A stretch of DNA of 64,000 nt. Origin: Verrucomicrobiales bacterium. Its GTDB lineage: Bacteria; Verrucomicrobiota; Verrucomicrobiia; Verrucomicrobiales; DEV007. Under the pieces are notes generated by a model. It searched no databases, was not told where the DNA came from, and worked only from the letters and a program-made list of their open reading frames with translations. Location: contig JABSSQ010000001.1 in NCBI GenBank assembly GCA_013213905.1, positions 54,980 to 118,979 of the forward strand, in the 5' to 3' direction. How positions within the stretch are numbered: position 1 is the first letter of the stretch; each line of letters starts with the position of its first letter. The position numbers and the translations under genes are program-made. Shown here in pieces: positions 58,546 through 64,000 of this stretch.

Positions 58546-60393
58546 TCAGGGAAGTCCCTTGATGATCGTTTCGGAGTAAACGAAATCGCCGGTGAGGGCA
58601 TCGTAGAACTGGAACACCACTTGCGGGTGAGGGAAGGCAAACCAGCGCTCTCCGTCCTTCTCCACGGGGTTGTTGAACACGTTGTTTACGCGGACCACGC
58701 AGAAGTGAGGAAAGGTTCTGTTGCCGCGAGGAATGTCTTCCATCGCGTAGCTGGACCAGCGGATTTCGCACTCGCGAGGGCCATACTTAAATTTGCCGTT
58801 CGCAGGGCGGCCGCCCTCATCAACCATGGGCATGTGGTTAATGGAGTTATGGGGACCACTGGCGAATTCATAGACATTGTCTGTAATCCGAATTGCGAAG
58901 GAGTTATGGAGGTCGCCAGTAAGAACAAAAACGGGCTGCTCAAGTTGATCCCAGAACTCGATGAGTTCCTCGCGCTCGTCGAGGAAGACGGTCCAGGCAT
59001 CGTCTTTCTTGATGGTGGCCTGTTTGTCCGCACCTCCGCCGCTCCCGACGTGCGGGACCATGAAGTTCACGGAAGATACCACGAAGATGAAATCAGCTGT
59101 GCTCTCGCTGATGCCGTCTTTGAGCCACTTCAACTGCTGTTTGCCGAGCATTGAGCGGCCGGGCTTGTCAGGGGTGTCTACATCGTGCAGATCGCGGTGG
59201 CTTCGGGTGTCGACCAGGAAGAAGTCGCAGTTTGAAACGCTGAACTTGCCGTAGCAGCGGCGGCCAATGGAGTAAATTGCATTGCCGTCGGCCTTGGCGG
59301 GTGGAGAGACGCGGATCTGTGTCGGGCTGATGACTTCCACGATGTCGTAAACGGCAGAGTTGGGATCACCAGGCAGAGAGTCGAGCTCAGCGTCTTTGAC
59401 TCCGTCGGTTTCCGTTCCCCAGTGAACGTGGAGGTTTGCCATCTCTTCGAGAGGCAGCTTGGTGAAGTCGGCATTAGGATCTTCAATGACGTCGCTGCCG
59501 GCTTTGAAGGTGCCTTCACTCATCCAGGCGACCTTGTCGTGCTCGACCGGATTGGCCCAGGCGAGGTAATCGAACCAGGCCCGGGTGGCCTGATCACGGA
59601 ACACCGCGCGGCGATTCACGTAGCCCGCTTCGGCAGTACCGAAAATGTCATTGAGCAGTTCGTGATCGTCAGCGGTGTAGTAGGAGGGCACATGGCGGTG
59701 CCACTTGCTAAGGTTGCGTCCGCGCTCGAGGTAGATTTTGTAGTTCTCCCAGACGCCGGCGATGGACGGCGCCTTTTTCACGATGTCAGGCGCTTGATCC
59801 GGGTCGATGGCGACCTGGTGCATCCACTTGGAAGCCGAGTATTCGCGGCGGTCTTCGTAGAGCCAGTCGCCGTTGAGAATGGCAAAGTGAACTTTGTCTT
59901 TCCAATCACGGTTGAGCACGTCGAAGACCGGGAGAGTCGGACCGACGCTGTCACCGTTGCCTCGCTGGTTACTGCCGCAGGCAAACTCAAAGCTGAAGTT
60001 GAAGAGACCGTCCGGGTTGGTTTCGTCATTCTGGAATTTTACCGGATCGGGCATGGTGCGGAAATCGCCTCCGAGTTGGTGATCTTCGATGCGGTAGTAG
60101 TAGCGCGTATTGGAATCCAGGCCTGTCAGAGTGACGATGCCGGTGTTGTCGTGATCGAGATTGGTCGTCAGTGGGGGTGCGACACGGTCGAGATTGTCCT
60201 TCTCTGTTCCATAGAAAATGGTGACAGGACCAGCCTCGTTGGTTCTCACCCAGATGGACATGGTATCGGTGCCCGGGCGGCCAAGAATAGGGCCGTGAGT
60301 GACACGAATCGTGGAGGGTTCTCCGTCCTGAGCAGATACGAAGGCGGTAGCGGTGACAAAAGCGGCAAGAAAGAGGGTTCTGAGTAAATTCAT
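58546..60393 (-). CDS. phoD: Secreted PhoD-family metallophosphoesterase (alkaline phosphatase D-like)
   Basis: Signal peptide; FN3-like GLDSNTRYYYR; NGDWLYED, DDHE, DTR and TGDLH motifs. Confidence 0.8.
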   Translation of the reverse strand: MNLLRTLFLAAFVTATAFVSAQDGEPSTIRVTHGPILGRPGTDTMSIWVRTNEAGPVTIFYGTEKDNLDRVAPPLTTNLDHDNTGIVTLTGLDSNTRYYYRIEDHQLGGDFRTMPDPVKFQNDETNPDGLFNFSFEFACGSNQRGNGDSVGPTLPVFDVLNRDWKDKVHFAILNGDWLYEDRREYSASKWMHQVAIDPDQAPDIVKKAPSIAGVWENYKIYLERGRNLSKWHRHVPSYYTADDHELLNDIFGTAEAGYVNRRAVFRDQATRAWFDYLAWANPVEHDKVAWMSEGTFKAGSDVIEDPNADFTKLPLEEMANLHVHWGTETDGVKDAELDSLPGDPNSAVYDIVEVISPTQIRVSPPAKADGNAIYSIGRRCYGKFSVSNCDFFLVDTRSHRDLHDVDTPDKPGRSMLGKQQLKWLKDGISESTADFIFVVSSVNFMVPHVGSGGGADKQATIKKDDAWTVFLDEREELIEFWDQLEQPVFVLTGDLHNSFAIRITDNVYEFASGPHNSINHMPMVDEGGRPANGKFKYGPRECEIRWSSYAMEDIPRGNRTFPHFCVVRVNNVFNNPVEKDGERWFAFPHPQVVFQFYDALTGDFVYSETIIKGLP

Positions 60394-60432
60394 AGTTTGA
60401 TGAATCGCGAGGAGGTCTTATAGCCTTTAACC

Positions 60433-61887
60433 ATGAGCGACGCACGCCCAAATATCATTTTCATAATTACCGATCAACAGCGCTTCGATACCATCAATGC
60501 GCTGGGCTATCCTCACATGGACACGCCGAACCTGGATCGTTTGGTCAATGAAGGTGTTACCTTCAACCAGTGTCACATCACCGCTCCGAGTTGTGCTCCT
60601 TCTCGAGCCAGCCTTTTCACCGGGCAATACCCTCACACAACCGGAATTCTCAAGAACGCCGACGAATGGACGCGCAGCTGGGTGGAGAACCTGAGCGACT
60701 CGGGCTATCACAGCGTCAATGTCGGCAAGATGCACACCTGGCCGATGACGACCCCCTGTGGATTTAATGAGCGCTACGTGGTGGAGAACAAGGATCGTTA
60801 TCTCGAAGGGCGCTACTTTTTCGATGAGTGGGACAAAGCTCTCGCTGCTCGCGGCCTCGTTAAGCAGCAGCGCGAACTCTACCGGCAGCGAGACGACTAC
60901 GACGAGGTGATCGGCAGCTTTACCTGGGATCTCGATCCTGACATGCAATCGGACAATTTTGTCGGCAACATGGCGCAGTGGTGGACACGAACTTATCCAA
61001 ACACCCAGCCGCTCTTTCTCGAAATCGGTTTTCCGGGGCCACATCCGCCCTATGACCCGACGCCGGATGCCCTCGAAGGATACGCTGAGAAAGACATTCC
61101 TCTCGACCCGTTGACCGACGATGACCTCGAAGGGCAGCCCAAGGCTTACCAGGGCATGCGGGTGCACAACAACGAGGTCGATCACGACTCGGTCATCCTG
61201 CCACTGGAGCCGACGGAGGAGCAGAGGCTCAACCAGCGGCGTCACTACTGCGCCAACGTCACCATGATCGACCAGAAGGTCGGTGAAATCATGGAGCAGC
61301 TCGATGAACAGGGATATCTCGAGAATTCCATCATCATTTTTACGAGTGATCACGGTGACTGCCTCACCGATCACGGGCATTCGCAGAAGTGGACCATGTA
61401 CGAGCAGGTCATGCGGGTGCCGATGATTGTCTGGGCGGCTGACGGACGCTTCGGGAAGGGGCGCCAGGTCGATGAAATGGTATCGCTCTTCGATATTGGC
61501 CCCACTATTCTTGAAATGGCGGGCTGTGAAGTGCCGGCGCATTTTTCCGCGAAATCTCTCATGCCTGCTCTGGAGGACAAATCCGACTGGGAAGGCCGGG
61601 ACTACGTTTTCGCCGAGCACCCCCGTGACGGGAACTTCACCACGGCCGATTACCAGGTCATGGTGCGGTCGAAGCGGTGGAAGCTGGTCGAGATCTATGG
61701 ATCGGATGATGCCGATGGGGGTCGCGAGGGCATGCTCTTCGATCTTGAGAACGATCCCATGGAGCTCACCAATCTCTGGAACGATGCCGGCAATTCCGAA
61801 ATCCGCGAGGAACTCAGGGACGAGTTGTTGAGCTGGCGGGTCGAGTCCGGTCAGGAAGCTTCGAAGACTTTTGCTGAACAGCGCTGA
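60433..61887 (+). CDS. Cytoplasmic S1-family sulfatase (canonical CAPSR, no signal peptide)
   Basis: PNIIFIITDQQR, SCAPSRASLFTG, VGKMH, GPHPPY, TSDHGD, LFDLENDPMELTNL. Confidence 0.92.
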   Translation: MSDARPNIIFIITDQQRFDTINALGYPHMDTPNLDRLVNEGVTFNQCHITAPSCAPSRASLFTGQYPHTTGILKNADEWTRSWVENLSDSGYHSVNVGKMHTWPMTTPCGFNERYVVENKDRYLEGRYFFDEWDKALAARGLVKQQRELYRQRDDYDEVIGSFTWDLDPDMQSDNFVGNMAQWWTRTYPNTQPLFLEIGFPGPHPPYDPTPDALEGYAEKDIPLDPLTDDDLEGQPKAYQGMRVHNNEVDHDSVILPLEPTEEQRLNQRRHYCANVTMIDQKVGEIMEQLDEQGYLENSIIIFTSDHGDCLTDHGHSQKWTMYEQVMRVPMIVWAADGRFGKGRQVDEMVSLFDIGPTILEMAGCEVPAHFSAKSLMPALEDKSDWEGRDYVFAEHPRDGNFTTADYQVMVRSKRWKLVEIYGSDDADGGREGMLFDLENDPMELTNLWNDAGNSEIREELRDELLSWRVESGQEASKTFAEQR

Positions 61888-61943
61888 GCCTTTGGTGTGC
61901 ATTTGCTATGGCGGAATCGGGCAAGTTCGCCTAGAGTCCCGTC

Positions 61944-62362
61944 GAAACAGGCCGGAGATGATCGCTGGGTTCTTCGGAACCCAGAGGAAAGTCCGGACAC
62001 CGCACGGCAGCATGCCCGGTGAAAGCCGGGGAGCCCTGCTATAATGGCGGGGCGACGGAAAGTGTCGCAGAAAACAAACCGCCCTGCTCCGGCAGGGTAA
62101 GGGTGAAAAGGCGAGGTAAGAGCTCACCGCCCCGAAGGTAACGGAGGGGGCACGATAAACCCCATGTGGTGCAAGACAGAACAGGGCAAACGGGCAGCCG
62201 GTCCGGATCGACGACTTCGGTTGTCGGGTGTGCCCGGGTAATAGTCGCACTCCGCTCGTCGGAGATTTGGGATTCCTCAGGGAATTTCAACTAGATAAAT
62301 GATCGTCCGCTGACGCCGACTACGGCCCGGCGAACAGAATCCGGCTTACGGTGGCCTGTTTC
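61944..62362 (+). ncRNA. rnpB: RNase P RNA, bacterial type A
   Basis: GAGGAAAGTCCGG, CGGAAAGTGTCGCAGAAA, GGGTGAAA, CAAGAC and AACAGAATCCGGCTTAC; terminal P1 pairing GAAACAGGCC / GGCCTGTTTC. Confidence 0.96.
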
Positions 62363-62401
62363 ACTCCGTTTCACCAAGGTGAAACAGTCCTTTCCGGACT
62401 C

Positions 62402-62438
62402 AACAGGGTGGGGTGTTTGACCTGACCCTGTTGGGTCC
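62402..62438. repeat. AACAGGGT...ACCCTGTTGG hairpin element, copy 2 (followed by a T run; may terminate rnpB)
   Basis: 30/37 identical to 12844-12880. Confidence 0.55.
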
Positions 62439-62516
62439 AGATTTTTTTGGTGCGCAATCAGCTCGTTATCGCGCTTGCCAAAAGATTCGCCTTATTCGAG
62501 TAAATGCGGACGTGGA

Positions 62517-64000
62517 ATGTTAGCCGAGCTTTGCGAGACAGTGACTGGCGGCTCCGATCTTGGGGCCGGCTGGAGATCAGCTATCCGGACCGGATGGCGG
62601 CTCGCTCCTGTCCTGCTGCTTCTGGGGCTCGTCTCCTGCAAGAACAACTGGTATGCCGACGGATTCCACACGCGTGCTGATAAGGAGACCTTTTCGGTCC
62701 TTTTTGAGAAAACTCCCCAGGTCGAAAACGTCGATTCCGATGACGTCGATATTGCCTTGCCCGGTTCGGTAGACCTCGGAAGGTTTCGTTCCGGCAACGG
62801 AGGGGGAGACTACCTCGGTGAATTCGCGGCCGAGGAGCGCGGCAGTCGCGTTTTGACTCTTCCTGATGCCCTCGAAACCGGCGTGACCTACGGTCGTGAG
62901 TATTTGAACGAGAAGGAACTCGTCTTCCTTTCGGCGTTGGATCTCACCCTGGCCCGCTATCGCCTCGAGCCCATGCCCTTTGCTCAAGGATCGCTGGGAT
63001 GGGCTTCCGATTCAAGAAGGGCCGCCCTGAACGACCTGATTTCGACCAACGCTTTCCACCGCACCGGATCGGTCGGGTTCAACTGGCTCTACAAGACGGG
63101 GGCCCGTATTTCCGCCGACTTCACCCGCGACTTTCTTCGATTCACCACGGGCAATCGTTCGATCAACAGTTCGGATCTTGCCGTCAGTATTGTTCAGCCT
63201 CTCCTCCAGGGCGGGGGAACCAGGGTGACGATGGAGGCGCTCACCCAGGAAGAACGCAATGTTCTCTACGATCTGCGAGACTTTGCCGATTTCCGTCGCT
63301 CCTTTGTCGTTGAGGTGGTGAGTCAGTACTACGGCGTGCTTCAGGCTCGGGACCGGGTTCAGAACAACTACATCGCTTACCAGGGACTGCTTAAGAACGT
63401 GAAGGTCGAAGAGGCCTTCGAGAACGAAGGACGAAGCACCCTCACCCAGGTCGGTCAACTCCAGCAGGCGGCTCTCCAGGCCGAGAGTCGCTGGGTCAAT
63501 GCGATCCGCTCCTACCAGACCCAGTTGGATGCTCTCAAGATCACCCTCGCGATTCCGGTTGATGAAAAGATCCTGCTCGACCAGGGAGAGCTGGCGAAGC
63601 TCCGGATTGAAGATCCCAAGATTACGAGGGAGCAGGCCGTCAAAATTGCCATGGTGACCCGCCCCGACCTGGCCACATCAGCGGACCGTGTCGACGATGC
63701 GGAGCGCCAGATCGAGGTGGCCAAGAACGGGCTGCTTCCTGGTCTCGATGTTTCTCTCGATTACAATCCGACCAGCGATCCCGGCGATACCACACCGGCC
63801 ATCAACTGGGACCGTCGCCGCTGGGAAGGAACGCTTGACTTGGATTTGCCTCTCGATCGCAAGGCGGAACGCAATATCTATCGGGCCACCCTTGTTTTCC
63901 TCGACCGGGCGAAACGTTCGGACGACCTGGCGCGCGACAATGCCAAGCTGGATATCTACAATGACTGGCGAACCCTGGAACAGGCCAAGTTGAACTTTCG
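62517..64000 (+). CDS. TolC-family outer-membrane efflux lipoprotein; runs off the window end
   Basis: My translation from ATG 62517 (alternative GTG 62541) stays open to the end; lipobox LVSC, QPLLQGGG...EALTQEERNVLY, LDLPLDRKAERNIYR. Confidence 0.85.
   Translation, partial: MLAELCETVTGGSDLGAGWRSAIRTGWRLAPVLLLLGLVSCKNNWYADGFHTRADKETFSVLFEKTPQVENVDSDDVDIALPGSVDLGRFRSGNGGGDYLGEFAAEERGSRVLTLPDALETGVTYGREYLNEKELVFLSALDLTLARYRLEPMPFAQGSLGWASDSRRAALNDLISTNAFHRTGSVGFNWLYKTGARISADFTRDFLRFTTGNRSINSSDLAVSIVQPLLQGGGTRVTMEALTQEERNVLYDLRDFADFRRSFVVEVVSQYYGVLQARDRVQNNYIAYQGLLKNVKVEEAFENEGRSTLTQVGQLQQAALQAESRWVNAIRSYQTQLDALKITLAIPVDEKILLDQGELAKLRIEDPKITREQAVKIAMVTRPDLATSADRVDDAERQIEVAKNGLLPGLDVSLDYNPTSDPGDTTPAINWDRRRWEGTLDLDLPLDRKAERNIYRATLVFLDRAKRSDDLARDNAKLDIYNDWRTLEQAKLNF

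Overview
A 64-kb stretch of ordinary, gene-dense bacterial chromosome with about 52 CDS and one RNA gene (RNase P, rnpB). I found no prophage, IS element, cas gene or rRNA/tRNA. The gene content (DapL lysine pathway, three S1 sulfatases, DUF1080, split nuo/trp/his loci, Planctomycete-type TolC lipoprotein) suggests a free-living Verrucomicrobiota/PVC organism; this is an inference. Housekeeping genes include ruvA, xerD, xerC, cysJI, pgi, hisF, msrB, xth, rdgB, trpF, nuoBC, dapL and pstSCAB. The most unusual signals lie between genes. (i) A TGGAG-footed REP-like hairpin family forms a 3.3 x 143-bp BIME-like array (19251-19726) and a second cluster with CRISPR-like geometry (49684-49816). (ii) 7-nt-periodic inverted repeats sit at three convergent gene junctions. 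(iii) Candidate operators include a perfect Rex/CRP-type box before nuoBC, a 9-1-9 palindrome before a Fur-family gene and twin 30-bp boxes between cysI and an Rrf2 regulator. (iv) Many start codons appear leaderless, with a TAnnnT hexamer 6-8 nt upstream. Unusual proteins include a 1040-aa Zn-ribbon/disordered membrane anchor directly upstream of xerD, an ATP-grasp-like ligase coupled to ruvA, a CLC that has lost its proton-coupling residues, a divergent IF-1 paralogue, a YugP-like pseudo-peptidase and a PstC with a ~370-aa helical insertion. All calls come from reading motifs by eye; no database search was run.
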